NCBI GenBank assembly: GCA_026987375.1
Contig: JALSMT010000081.1
Location: forward strand, 17,065 to 81,064
Origin: Thermaceae bacterium
GTDB lineage: Bacteria > Deinococcota > Deinococci > Deinococcales > Marinithermaceae
Direction: 5' to 3'
Length of the DNA: 64,000 nt
Positions 10,180 through 24,365 of the stretch are shown one piece after another (positions within the stretch are counted from its first letter, which is position 1; each line of letters begins with the position of its first letter). The notes under the pieces were generated by a model. The model had not been told where the DNA came from. It searched no databases and saw only the letters and a list, made by a program, of their open reading frames with translations. Both the position numbers and the translations under genes were made by a program.

Positions 10180-11467
10180 GTGCTACTCAGTGGAGCGCGT
10201 ATCGCCCCTGGCAAGCTCCGTTGCTTCCCGCAACGAGGCTACCTTGTCGGGGGCGCGGTACGCGACATTTTACTTGGCGAGAGCCCTGCGGACTTCGACT
10301 ACCTTACCGAAAACCCGCGCGAAGACGCCTCAGCCTGCGCCCTGTCCTGTAACGGCACGGCCTTTCTCCTTGATGAAAGCCGTAACCAGTGGCGAGCGCT
10401 TTGCCCAGGTTTTAGCTATGACTTTTCACCGCTAGGCGATCTGCAAGAGGACCTTCTTTCCCGCGACTACAGCGTCAATTCTCTCGCCGTCAATCGTCAA
10501 GGGGTGGTCATGGGCCCCGCCATCGCCTTTCATGACCTGCCAAAGCGGACTCTTAGAGCCCTCTGCAAAGCTAATTTGCAGCAAGACCTACTGCGTCCGC
10601 TGAGAGGATGGCGGCTTTGGAGCCTCTCGAGTTTGCGTCCGGAACCTCGAACGCTATCTTGGATAGCCGAGCTGGCGGCCAGTCAGCGCTTCGGTGCGCA
10701 GCCCGCCGCTGAGCGCGTGCGGATAGAGCTTGAGAAAGTCATTTCTTCTCAACGAGCCGCCTGGGGTTTTAGAAAACTGCTAGACCTAGGCTTCGCCGCC
10801 GCGTACCTGCGCGAGTGGTCGGCGGGAGCCGGCGTGCAACAGTACGGCTACCACCACCTTGACGTCGCCAACCACCAGCTAGAGACCCTCTTCCAGCTGC
10901 TTCGTCTCTTTCCCGGCGCAGGGCTCGCGCTGCGCTGGGCAGCTCTTCTTCACGACATCGCAAAGCCGCTAGTCAGGCAGTACGACGCCAGTCGGGGCTA
11001 CTTCCGTTTCTTTAATCACGCAGAAGACGGCTCACAGATAGCGGCCCTGGTGTTGGGCAGGCTGCGGCAGCCTAAACGCCTTATCGCGCGGGTGCGCCGA
11101 CTAATTTTGTGGCACATGGACACCCCTCCCACCAGCAAAAGAGGCCTAAAGCGATGGCTGTACAGGCGCAGAGCCATGATTCCCGAACTCATTATGTTGC
11201 AGCTGGCCGATCGCGCCGCCAGCAGAGGCGAGCTGGCCAAAGGCCTGGCGTCTGAGCTGCAGCGTCTTCATTCCGTTTTAAAGCTTGCTCGCGCCTCGCA
11301 ATCGAAAGAAGGAGCACCGCTTCTGCTAAGCGGTAGAGACATCATGAAAATACTCGGTATTGAACCGGGACCGTTAGTAGGGAGACTCAAAGACTTGCTG
11401 GCCCAAGCACAGGCGCTCGACGAGGTAACAGAACGCGGCGCGGCCGTTAACTACGTAAAATACTTAT

Positions 11468-11493
<26 letters not shown>
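10180..11493 (+). CDS. cca: tRNA nucleotidyltransferase (CCA-, CC- or A-adding) with C-terminal HD domain
   Basis: GGAVRDILLGESPADFDY class-II nucleotidyltransferase motif and an HD-like LLHDIAKP block. Specificity cannot be read from the sequence. Confidence 0.8.
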
Positions 11494-15700
<4,207 letters not shown>

Positions 15701-15704
<4 letters not shown>

Positions 15705-16432
15705 GGTCTCACCCCCGCGGCCTCGGCCGCCTTAATGAAGGCTCGCTCCAGCGAGTCGGTCTGATATCTTTTTTTCGCTTCGCTTATGCTGCCGACGAAA
15801 AGAATTCGCCCCTGGTACAAAAAACCGACTCGGTTGCACACCTCCTCCGCTTCGGGAATGACGTGGGTCGAGTAGATGACCGTCTTACCTTCATCGCGGT
15901 AGCGCATAACTAGGTCCAATAGTGAGCGTCTGGCGAAAACGTCTAGCCCTCTAGTGGCTTCGTCAAGCAAAAGGAGGGGGGGCTTGTGAAGTATTGCCCG
16001 TGCAACTATTACCTTTTGTATCATCCCTGATGACATATGCCTGACCTGACGATCGAGGGCGGCGTCTATCTTAAGTGTTTCGCTGGCCCAGGCAATGCGC
16101 CTGTCCAATTCCTCACCCTGCAATCCATAAAAACGAGCGAAAAAGGTCAGTATCTCCCTGCCCGTCAAGCGTTCGTAAAGGCCCATGCCGCCGTTGACGA
16201 TGCCGAGTATGCGCCTTACCGCCAGCGGTTGCGTGCCCACGTCTAAACCGTTCACGCGCGCACTCCCCGAGTCGGCCTTGACCAGGGTGGAGAGTATCCG
16301 CAGCGTTGTAGTTTTACCGGCGCCGTTTGGCCCCAGCAGGCCGAATACCTCGCCATCGGCTACTTTGAAGCTGACCCCCCTTAGCGCTTTCGTTTTGCCG
16401 TAGGCCTTCGCCAGGCCCTCTAACTCGACCAT
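15701..16432 (-). CDS. ABC transporter ATP-binding protein (NatA-like)
   Basis: Walker A GPNGAGKTT, signature SSGMIQK, Walker B LLLLDEAT. Confidence 0.9.
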
Positions 16433-16442
16433 CTTCCCAGGC

Positions 16443-16775
16443 TCAACCTTTCAGCAAACGGGACCATTCTTCCGCGTCGAAACCCATTAGCCACTTTCCA
16501 TCGGGCCAGACTAGTATTGGCCTGCCCAGCAGGTTGGGGTCTTTCTCTATCTCTCGCAGCCAGACTGCTGCGCCCGCGTCGGCCAGTTCTTTGAACTTTT
16601 TGTGGCGCTTACGCAGCGCCGCGGCGCCCATGCTGGCGAGGGCTTCTTCTATGATCCGCCGCGGCGGTAGTCTCTTTGTGTAGTCTACGTACTGGTATGC
16701 TATCCCGTTTTCGTCGAGCCACGCCTTGGCTTTCTGGCAAGAACGGCAGCTCTTTTTGCAGTAGAACTCTAACAT
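16443..16775 (-). CDS. ArsC/Spx-family redox protein
   Basis: 110 aa with N-terminal CRSC (CxxC) in the context YCKKSCRSCQKAKAWLDENGI, and the LLGRPIL block typical of the ArsC/Spx fold. Confidence 0.8.
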   Translation of the reverse strand: MLEFYCKKSCRSCQKAKAWLDENGIAYQYVDYTKRLPPRRIIEEALASMGAAALRKRHKKFKELADAGAAVWLREIEKDPNLLGRPILVWPDGKWLMGFDAEEWSRLLKG

Positions 16776-16821
16776 GCAACCCTCCCCTTACTGAGTAGAG
16801 ACCATACCGGCCAACTCCATA

Positions 16822-17091
16822 TCAGCGATCAAAGTTCATCTCATCGTAATAGACATCCAGCGCTGTTTGCAGCAATGAAATTAGCGCGTCCTCTTCGCTC
16901 AGCGTATCCCGCGGCAGGTATACGCCAGGAACCGGGCTGGCGTCGGCATTGAACCTAACCGTGTAGTAATCGCCTACTTCTTCTAGCGAAAGCTCTCCTA
17001 CCTCGGCGGCAATCATCCAGTCCTGCACGGCTCTTACTATTTCGCTCGGGAGACTGCTGCGCGAGCGCCGCGCGCTAAACCAGTGCCTCAC
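16822..17091 (-). CDS. hypothetical small acidic protein
   Basis: 89-aa ORF whose start overlaps the rpiA stop by 4 nt. I recognise no motif. Confidence 0.5.
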   Translation of the reverse strand: MRHWFSARRSRSSLPSEIVRAVQDWMIAAEVGELSLEEVGDYYTVRFNADASPVPGVYLPRDTLSEEDALISLLQTALDVYYDEMNFDR

Positions 17092-17768
17092 AGGCTTACC
17101 TCCTCTACCCCGTTCATCCCTGCGATTATCGCCAGATCAGCCATTCCCAGGAACAAGCCGACCTCTAAGACCCCAGGCAGCAAGAGCAGCTTCTTCTCTA
17201 GCTCTTTCGGTTGTTCTATGGCGCCAAAAGCGGCGTCTACGATGTAGTTGCCGTTGTCGCTCAGCAGCGGGCCTCTTTCCCCTTCGCGCAGCTCTGCGCT
17301 AAGAGCCAGCCGCGATATTGCCGACAACGTGCGCCTCCAACCAAACTTAGCGATTTCTATGGGCAGGGGGTGTTTTTGTCCTAAAAAGTTAACTTTTTTA
17401 CTATCGTCGGCGATCACTATGAATTTGCCGGCGGCCGCTTCGACGATCTTCTCTCTGAGCAAGGCTCCGCCGCGGCCCTTGATCAAATTTAGCTGCGGGT
17501 CAACCTCATCGGCGCCGTCTATCGCCAGGTCCAAGCCGTCAGCGGCCAGCTCGATTAAGGGCACTCCCTGCTCACGCATCAGTCTTTCCGTCTGGCTGGA
17601 TGTAGGTACCGCGCTGACGTTTCTCAGTTCTCCCCGAGCAAGTTTTTCTCCCAGTAGTATCACCGCCCAGCGGGCTGTGCTGCCGGTGCCCAAACCAATA
17701 TTCATATCCGAACGAACGTACTTTAACGCTCTGGAGGCCGCCTCTCTTTTTAGATCGTCAACCGTCAC
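17088..17768 (-). CDS. rpiA: ribose-5-phosphate isomerase A
   Basis: GLGTGSTA, DGADEVD and IKGRGGALLREKIV motifs. Confidence 0.93.
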   Translation of the reverse strand: MTVDDLKREAASRALKYVRSDMNIGLGTGSTARWAVILLGEKLARGELRNVSAVPTSSQTERLMREQGVPLIELAADGLDLAIDGADEVDPQLNLIKGRGGALLREKIVEAAAGKFIVIADDSKKVNFLGQKHPLPIEIAKFGWRRTLSAISRLALSAELREGERGPLLSDNGNYIVDAAFGAIEQPKELEKKLLLLPGVLEVGLFLGMADLAIIAGMNGVEEVSL

Positions 17769-18240
17769 TAGTGGCCCCCTTTAGCTCTTTCAGCTTGTTC
17801 AGAACCTCCATTGCGTGGCCGGCGACTTTAACTTTGGGCCAGTACGCCCGCACCACGCCCCTGGGGTCTATCAAGACGGTGGAGCGTATCGTGCCGCTGT
17901 ACTCCTTGCCATAGAGCTTTTTCCGACCCCAAGCGCCATATGCCCTCAGGGTGCTTGTACTTTCGTCGGAAAGCAGCGTAAATTGCAGACCTTGTTTCTC
18001 CTTAAAGCGTGCGTGACTCTTACTGGAGTCCTTCGATACGCCCACTACCTCGGCGCCCAAACCTTTAAAGTCGGCCAGCAACTCATTGAACTCGCGCGCC
18101 TCGCGCGAGCAGCCTGGGGTATTGTCTTTTGGGTAAAAGTAGAGAACCAGCCATTTCCCTTTGTATTCTTCCAGGCTGTGGTCAACGCCATTCTCGTCAG
18201 GAAGGCTAAAGTCCGGCGCTTTTACTCCAAGCTTTATCAT
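17758..18240 (-). CDS. bcp: thiol peroxidase / peroxiredoxin Bcp
   Basis: YFYPKDNTPGCSREA peroxidatic-Cys motif. Confidence 0.93.
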   Translation of the reverse strand: MIKLGVKAPDFSLPDENGVDHSLEEYKGKWLVLYFYPKDNTPGCSREAREFNELLADFKGLGAEVVGVSKDSSKSHARFKEKQGLQFTLLSDESTSTLRAYGAWGRKKLYGKEYSGTIRSTVLIDPRGVVRAYWPKVKVAGHAMEVLNKLKELKGATSDG

Positions 18241-18731
18241 TCTCCCCCCAGCTTGTAGCCGATGGCGCGTAAAAAGGCGCTGCGCCTGCTTACGTCTTGC
18301 GGGCCTTCCAGCCCCAGAGGTTTGTAGCCGTCAAAAACGCCCAGGACCGCTCTCTGCTCTCCTTCCTCGGCCAACAGTAGCGCCAACGGGTTGGCGCTGG
18401 CGGCGTATATTGTAACGATCTCCGGCACGGCTTTAAGGGCGTGCAATACGTTTATCGGAAATACGCCCGCACCCAAAACGATGATGAAGAAATGGCCCGC
18501 GGCAACCGCTAAGGCGTTCTTGGCCGCTATCTCTTTTAGTTTTTCGTCTGTGCCGCTAACCCTCACTAACCTGTCTTGGCTCGCCTCGTTAAAAGCTACG
18601 CCAAACTTTATTCCCGGTACGGACTGCACCAGCGCCTCGTGAATGTCTTCGACCGTTTTTATGAAGTGCGATTGCCCGATAATCACGTTGCTATCGTCGG
18701 GCTTCTCTATTTCTACGCGTATCAGCTCCAT
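18237..18731 (-). CDS. adenosine-specific kinase family protein (PF04008-like)
   Basis: ELIRVEIEKP...VIIGQSHFIKTVEDIHEAL N-terminus is typical of the family. Met11 (18731) was preferred over the track start (18761) because of a TACAAT box 6 nt upstream. Confidence 0.75.
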   Translation of the reverse strand: MELIRVEIEKPDDSNVIIGQSHFIKTVEDIHEALVQSVPGIKFGVAFNEASQDRLVRVSGTDEKLKEIAAKNALAVAAGHFFIIVLGAGVFPINVLHALKAVPEIVTIYAASANPLALLLAEEGEQRAVLGVFDGYKPLGLEGPQDVSRRSAFLRAIGYKLGGE

Positions 18732-18737
18732 AACCGT

Positions 18738-18761
18738 ATTGTAAGCGAGCGGTGTTAGCAT
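18738..18761. promoter_or_regulatory. back-to-back -10 boxes for divergent leaderless genes
   Basis: Minus strand TACAAT (18743-18738) lies 6 nt before ATG 18731. Plus strand TAGCAT (18756-18761) lies 6 nt before ATG 18768. Confidence 0.45.
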
Positions 18762-18767
18762 GTCGCT

Positions 18768-19871
18768 ATGGACCTCTTGGACAAGGCGCTAGCCGGCCGG
18801 CGGCTAAACCGCGACGAGATTACGCGGCTTTACTCTTTGCCGCTGCCCGAGGTGGCCGCCGTCGCGCACGCGCTGAGGCTCGAGCGCGCCCACCCTGAAT
18901 ACGTAACCTACCTAATAGACCGCAACATCAACTACAGCAATGTCTGCACCGTTGCCTGCGGCTACTGCGCCTTCTACCGCAGTCGCAGGCAACCCGACGC
19001 CTATACCCTTAGTTACGAAGAGATAGGCCGCAAGGTGGCCGAGCTAGAATCCGTAGGCGGCAAACGCATACTTTTGCAGGGCGGCGTTAATCCGGAACTG
19101 CCTCTTTCTTGGTACGAAGGGCTGCTGCGCTACCTCAAGGAAAATCACCCCGCTGTACGTATCGACGCCTTTAGCCCTGAGGAAATACTAGGTCTGGAAA
19201 AACTGAGCGGCCTAAGCGCCCGCCAGATACTCACCGCGCTCAAAGACGCTGGGCTCGACGGCATGCCCGGTGCGGGAGCGGAAATACTGGTTGACGAGGT
19301 TCGTCACGCCGCTGCACCGGCCAGGATTAGCTCCGCCGATTGGCTGAGAATCGTGGAAAACGCTCTTTCTTTGGGGCTTTACTCACTAGCCAGCATGGTA
19401 ATCGGCATGGGCGAAGGGCCCGCTGAACGCAGCCAGCACTTGATTTTACTGCGGGACCTGCAGGATCGCGCCCTCAAGACGTACGGCAACGGTTTTTCGG
19501 GTTTTGCTCTCTGGACCATGCAGCTAGACAACACCCGCTTGGCTGGAAAGCTACCGGGGGCCAGCGCTTACGAGTACCTGCAAACTTTAGCCATAGCGCG
19601 TATCGCCTTAGACAATATTGCCGGCCATCAGGCCAGTTGGCCGACAATGGGCTTCAAGATAGCTCAAACCGCCCTTTATTACGGCGCCAACGATTTTGGC
19701 AGCACCATGCTGGAAGAAAACGTGGTCTCCGCCGCCTCCGGCAACGTGCGTCGCTCGGCGAGCGTTGGCGAGATTAGCAGGCAGATTCGCGAGGCCGGCT
19801 TTGTTCCTGCCGAAAGAAACGTCTTCTACGAGATTGTATCGGCTCCCAGCAGGGAGGCCGTCGGCGAGTGA
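18768..19871 (+). CDS. radical-SAM menaquinone (futalosine pathway) enzyme, MqnC/MqnE family
   Basis: CTVACGYCAF radical-SAM cluster motif and the overall MqnC/MqnE-like layout. I cannot separate MqnC from MqnE by eye. Confidence 0.85.
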   Translation: MDLLDKALAGRRLNRDEITRLYSLPLPEVAAVAHALRLERAHPEYVTYLIDRNINYSNVCTVACGYCAFYRSRRQPDAYTLSYEEIGRKVAELESVGGKRILLQGGVNPELPLSWYEGLLRYLKENHPAVRIDAFSPEEILGLEKLSGLSARQILTALKDAGLDGMPGAGAEILVDEVRHAAAPARISSADWLRIVENALSLGLYSLASMVIGMGEGPAERSQHLILLRDLQDRALKTYGNGFSGFALWTMQLDNTRLAGKLPGASAYEYLQTLAIARIALDNIAGHQASWPTMGFKIAQTALYYGANDFGSTMLEENVVSAASGNVRRSASVGEISRQIREAGFVPAERNVFYEIVSAPSREAVGE

Positions 19872-19878
19872 GCACATT

Positions 19879-20985
19879 ATGGACGTAGAAATTTGGACGG
19901 CCGACTTCGTAAACCTCGGGGACGGCCTTAGAGCGAGTTGGGGGATTCTGGTAGACGGCAAGCGCGTGGTAAACGCCGCCGCCGTTGACGAGCTGCGCGG
20001 CAGGTATCCGCAGTTGCCGCTCGTGAATAAGGGCAAATACCTCGGCATTCCCTTCGTCAACGCTCATACCCACCTTGACCTCAGCAATTTCGAGACGTTT
20101 CACGGGGACTTTGCGGATTTTATTAAATTTGTCGTCGCAGGCCGTGAAAAACGCGGCTTAGAAGCGGTTCGCGCCGTGGCGGACAGCATTCCGCAAAACA
20201 CCCTTGGCGATATCGTGGCCAATGATGAAAGGGTAATGGATTGGTGGTTACGCGAGTCGCCATATGACGGCGTCGCCTACTGGGAAGTTTTGGGCGTTTA
20301 CCCCCCCGCAAAAGAAGAAGAGTACTTGAAGCGCACCAAGGAGTTGCTGCTGCGCTGGAAGACTCTACAAAGGTCTTCGGGGCCGCGCCTGGGAGTTTCG
20401 CCGCACTCTCCGTATTCGCTAACGCCAAGCCTGATGAGGTCAATAGTTGAGTTCTCCACGGCGGAGGGGCTGCCGCTGCAGATTCACGCCGCCGAGAGCC
20501 CGGCGGAGAGGGAATACTTTTTGCGGCGACGCGGACCGCTGCTAGAGTTCTTCGAGTCTTTGGGGCTGCCGAAAGACATCCACCCCGTGGGGCTTACCCC
20601 TATCGCATACCTTAGTCAGGCAGGGGCCCTGCGTAGCGGCGCGAGCCTGGTTCACGGCGTGCAGGTCGACGAGACGGACGTGAGCATTATCGCCGATTCC
20701 GGTGTTACCGTAATCAGCTGTCCGCGTTCCAACCTCAACCTTAACGCGGGACTGCCGCCGTACCATCTCTATTTGCAAAGCGGGGTAATGCTGGCGCTGG
20801 GGAGCGATTCACTGGCCAGCGCCGAGACGCTGAACGTCAAAGACGACATAGCCGCCTTAGAAGACGCCGGCGTGCCGTTACGAAACGCCCTGCAAGCCGC
20901 CAGCAGCAACGGCTACGCCGCCTTGGGCCTGACTAGTCCTAGAATAGTCGCCGGCACCGACGCCAAACTAGTAGAATTCCTATAA
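19879..20985 (+). CDS. amidohydrolase-superfamily deaminase (COG0402-like; candidate aminodeoxyfutalosine deaminase)
   Basis: FVNAHTHLD metal motif. The start was moved to MDVEIW (19879) because the track ORF overlaps the mqn gene in another frame. Confidence 0.8.
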   Translation: MDVEIWTADFVNLGDGLRASWGILVDGKRVVNAAAVDELRGRYPQLPLVNKGKYLGIPFVNAHTHLDLSNFETFHGDFADFIKFVVAGREKRGLEAVRAVADSIPQNTLGDIVANDERVMDWWLRESPYDGVAYWEVLGVYPPAKEEEYLKRTKELLLRWKTLQRSSGPRLGVSPHSPYSLTPSLMRSIVEFSTAEGLPLQIHAAESPAEREYFLRRRGPLLEFFESLGLPKDIHPVGLTPIAYLSQAGALRSGASLVHGVQVDETDVSIIADSGVTVISCPRSNLNLNAGLPPYHLYLQSGVMLALGSDSLASAETLNVKDDIAALEDAGVPLRNALQAASSNGYAALGLTSPRIVAGTDAKLVEFL

Positions 20986-22388
20986 TGGAAAGGAAGCATG
21001 TTCTCGCGCTAATTGCTTATAGCACTGCTTTGGGCATGCTAGTCGGCCTTTTTGCGGCCGCGTTCACCTGGGTGCTCTACCTGGCGCAGAATGAGTTCAT
21101 GGGGCGCATCGCAGGTTTTTTACCGCCCGGCTACTCAGGCGAAAACGGTATTTTGCACACCTTTCGCTCCCCTCATCCTCTCTTCTACCTGCTGACTCTG
21201 CCGCTTCTCTTCGCGACCGCTTCTTTGTTTGGCCACAACCGCGGCTTAGCCAAGATAATTGCTTCTTTTCACCAGCAGTCCAGCGGCACACTGGGAGAAA
21301 AAATGCGCTACTCGTTCGGCAGCCTCATAGAACTGGGCGCAGGTTCTCCTTTGGGGCGCGAGGGCCCGATGGCCGTCCTCGGCAACTGGATAGGAGAAGC
21401 GCTGGGGCGCAGTTATTTGAAGGATGACACCGCCAGGCACCTCCCCTTTGCGGGCATGGCCGCCGGTTTCGCCTCCGCTTTTCACGCGCCGGTAGCCGGC
21501 GCGCTGCTGGCGGTCGAGATTTTTCACCCCGGCCTGGTCTTGGAAATAGGCTCTTTGGGGCCGGCGCTAGTCGGGGGGCTGGCGGGCTTTATGGTCTACG
21601 GCGCATTTTGGGGATACCAGCCGCTACTATCTTTGCACGCGCTGCCTCCACAGTTCGCGCACCTAGGCTTTGGGCTGATTAGCGGCGCAGCTATGGCGTT
21701 CGTGGGCAGCTTATGGATGCTGGCGGCTCGGAGCGTGCGTCGTTTGAGCTTTGGGCTCTCATTCGTGCCACGCCACGCGCTGCTGGGTTTACTCATCGGC
21801 TTGGTAGCCATTTTTCTTCCTCAGGTCTTGGGCGACGGACTAAGCTGGCTCGAGCTTTCCGCCACTCCCATTCTGCCGACGCGCTTCATAGCGCTACTCG
21901 CCCTGGCCAAACTGGCGGTGCTGGCCCTGGCTTTGGGCCTTGGCGGTTACGGAGCGGTAATTAGTCCCTCTCTAGCCATAGGCGGCCTTTTTTCGATCCT
22001 GCTGGCGCGTCTGGCGCCGGCCATATCTCCCGACGCCGCCGCTGCCGCACTTGTAGGGATGGGAGCGCTTCTGGCCGGCGTAGCCCGCACCCCCTTCGCC
22101 GCTATCCTGATCATCAGCGAGATGGGCGGCTACACAATACTGCCGCTAGCCATCCCCGCAATTTTCACCTCATACCTGCTAACCATAAATCACGCCTTCC
22201 CCGAGCAGAGCCTGGGTGAGGGAACTCATAGCGGAGCTCACTACTCAGGTCTCAAGGTATCCGAGCCTCCCTTCGAAGTTGGCGGTATCGAACGCGCCGG
22301 CGAGACCGGCAAACCCGATCCCAGCGCCCGCGCGCAAAGCGGAGACGCTATCCACGTCGCCCGCAAGGGCGGTAACCCTGTAGAATGA
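20985..22388 (+). CDS. ClC-family chloride/anion channel or antiporter
   Basis: About 10-12 TM segments with the GSPLGREGP selectivity/gating motif. TAATG overlap with the upstream gene. Confidence 0.85.
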   Translation: MERKHVLALIAYSTALGMLVGLFAAAFTWVLYLAQNEFMGRIAGFLPPGYSGENGILHTFRSPHPLFYLLTLPLLFATASLFGHNRGLAKIIASFHQQSSGTLGEKMRYSFGSLIELGAGSPLGREGPMAVLGNWIGEALGRSYLKDDTARHLPFAGMAAGFASAFHAPVAGALLAVEIFHPGLVLEIGSLGPALVGGLAGFMVYGAFWGYQPLLSLHALPPQFAHLGFGLISGAAMAFVGSLWMLAARSVRRLSFGLSFVPRHALLGLLIGLVAIFLPQVLGDGLSWLELSATPILPTRFIALLALAKLAVLALALGLGGYGAVISPSLAIGGLFSILLARLAPAISPDAAAAALVGMGALLAGVARTPFAAILIISEMGGYTILPLAIPAIFTSYLLTINHAFPEQSLGEGTHSGAHYSGLKVSEPPFEVGGIERAGETGKPDPSARAQSGDAIHVARKGGNPVE

Positions 22389-22762
22389 CCGCCATGGTAA
22401 GAGGTATACGCGGAGCAATAACCGTAGACGAAGACACCGCCGATTCTATCCACAGCGCCACCCGGCAACTGCTATCGGCAATCATCGAGCGAAACGGCAT
22501 CTCGCGCCACGATGAGCTGGCGGCGCTTATATTCACCGTCACCGATGACCTTTCTTCGGCTTTTCCCGCCGAAGCCGCCAGACACTTGGGCATGAATATG
22601 GTCCCTCTGCTCTCGGCGCGCGAAGTTCCCGTTCCCGGCTCCTTGCCGCGGGTAATACGTATACTCGCCCTTTGGAATACAGAAAAGTCTCTTGACGAGA
22701 TAGAGCACGTCTACTTGCGCGGCGCCAAAAGCCTCAGACCCGACCTCAAGAGCGCCTGGTGA
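22385..22762 (+). CDS. aroH: chorismate mutase, AroH class
   Basis: MVRGIRGAITVDEDTADSI N-terminus and ~125-aa length typical of the Bacillus/Thermus AroH type. Confidence 0.9.
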   Translation: MTAMVRGIRGAITVDEDTADSIHSATRQLLSAIIERNGISRHDELAALIFTVTDDLSSAFPAEAARHLGMNMVPLLSAREVPVPGSLPRVIRILALWNTEKSLDEIEHVYLRGAKSLRPDLKSAW

Positions 22763-23307
22763 TGAGCCAACTGCTCCAGTCGCAGGTATACGAGTCGCTG
22801 ACGCGGCTTTTCTCCGCCGCAGAAACCCACGCAGGTGAGCTGCTGGTTATAGGAGGGTCCACCAGTGCTGTGCTGGGCGAGGAAATTGGCAAGGCCGGCG
22901 ATGCAGCGACGGCCCGCATCATTCTCTCCGCCGTCTACCCTCTCGTCGCCAAGCACGGCCTGTATCTGGCCGTACAAGGCTGTGAGCACGTCAACCGCGT
23001 GTTGGTCACGTCGGCCCAGGCCGCCCAGGCGTTCTCTCTTGAGGAAGTAAACGTTCTTCCTACCACCGTAGCAGGCGGAGCCCTGGCGAGCGTCTACTAC
23101 CAAGACCTCAGCGACGCGGTCACCGTCTCATCGCTGCGGCAAAGGGCCACTTTTGGCCTGGACATAGGCGGCGTCTTGATCGGTATGCACCTGCGGCCGG
23201 TGGTTGTGCCGCTACACCTGGGCGGTCTCAAAATTGGCAAGGCGCAGGTTAGCGGCGGCTACACGCGCCTTGCCAAAATAGGCGGCGAAAGAACGTCCTA
23301 CAGGTGA
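22759..23307 (+). CDS. UPF0340 / DUF436 (TIGR01440) family protein
   Basis: ELLVIGGSTSAVLGEEIG and LAVQGCEHVNR blocks. Confidence 0.75.
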   Translation: MMSQLLQSQVYESLTRLFSAAETHAGELLVIGGSTSAVLGEEIGKAGDAATARIILSAVYPLVAKHGLYLAVQGCEHVNRVLVTSAQAAQAFSLEEVNVLPTTVAGGALASVYYQDLSDAVTVSSLRQRATFGLDIGGVLIGMHLRPVVVPLHLGGLKIGKAQVSGGYTRLAKIGGERTSYR

Positions 23308-24365
23308 TCAGCGAGAACCTGCGAAAAGTCTTCCAGAGCTTTCGCCAGCTCGTCTTCTCGTAAATAGCCCATAGCAGACAGCCTTATGGTTTTTCCTTTG
23401 AGGGGGCCTTGCCCTCCGGCTATACGCCAGCCGCGCTCCAGCATCGCCCGTGATATTTTCGCCGGTGTAAGGCCCTTTGGCAGATAGAATGCAGCGGTAG
23501 CCGGGCTCCTGGCGGCAACTCCCTTTGGCACGGGCTGGAGTCCGTAAGACTCTCCCACTCGATAGATTTCTTTGTTGGCTTGCTCTTTGTGCCGTAAATG
23601 TTTAGACAAGGCCTCTTTGCTTTGGTACTGTCGGCTCACCGCAGCAACCGCCGCTATCAGATTTATCGCTGGAGTGAAGGCGGTCTGCTGCTTTTTTTGC
23701 TGCGCCATTTCTCGGGCGAGGTCCAGATAGTAGCCGCTGGAACGCAGTCCGCTCAGATGCTTTTTTGATATGACCGCGAAAGCTATTCCCGGCGGAGACA
23801 TCAAGCCCTTCTGGCTACCTATCGCTACCCCATCGATCCGCCAGTCGTCCATTGCCAGGTGCGTCAGCATGAACGAGGTAATCGCGTCAGCCAGCACCCG
23901 CGCCCCGGGATTCGCTTGCTTGACCCTCTCCGCTAGACCTCGCAGGTCGTGCAGGACTCCCGTAGAAGTTTCTGAATGCGTCAGCAGCGCTCCGTCTATT
24001 CCTGTCGGAACAGACTCGAGCGGTACGCTCTCGCCCCAGGTGAACTCGCTCTGCAGAACTTTCAGCCCGGCGCTGCGCGCTATTTCCATCCACCTCTGCG
24101 AAAATTTACCGGCGACTGGCACCCAAACTGTTTCGCCAGGGGCGAAAAAAGCGCGCAACAAGGCCTCCATAGCGGCTGTGCCGCTGCCGGTAAGTATCAG
24201 CGCTTCGCCGCTGCTGCCTGCCATTTTGGCGATATTGGTTCTGGCCTCAGCAATTTGTTCGCTGGCCTCTTCGCTGCGGTGATGCAGCTGCGGCGCCGCC
24301 AAAACCCTGCGGGCTTCGGGATGCAGGCAGACAGGGCCGGGGGTAAGCAGTTTTAGCGTGCTCAT
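23298..24365 (-). CDS. class-V aminotransferase (serine-pyruvate / phosphoserine aminotransferase-like)
   Basis: 355 aa. PLP-Lys context GSQKGLMSPPG. Translationally coupled downstream of serA. Confidence 0.85.
   Translation of the reverse strand: MSTLKLLTPGPVCLHPEARRVLAAPQLHHRSEEASEQIAEARTNIAKMAGSSGEALILTGSGTAAMEALLRAFFAPGETVWVPVAGKFSQRWMEIARSAGLKVLQSEFTWGESVPLESVPTGIDGALLTHSETSTGVLHDLRGLAERVKQANPGARVLADAITSFMLTHLAMDDWRIDGVAIGSQKGLMSPPGIAFAVISKKHLSGLRSSGYYLDLAREMAQQKKQQTAFTPAINLIAAVAAVSRQYQSKEALSKHLRHKEQANKEIYRVGESYGLQPVPKGVAARSPATAAFYLPKGLTPAKISRAMLERGWRIAGGQGPLKGKTIRLSAMGYLREDELAKALEDFSQVLADHL

Noticed and set aside
20900-20990. Looked for a fluoride (crcB-motif) riboswitch in front of the ClC gene.
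   Set aside because: The ClC start overlaps the stop of the upstream amidohydrolase gene (TAATG), so there is no leader for a riboswitch.
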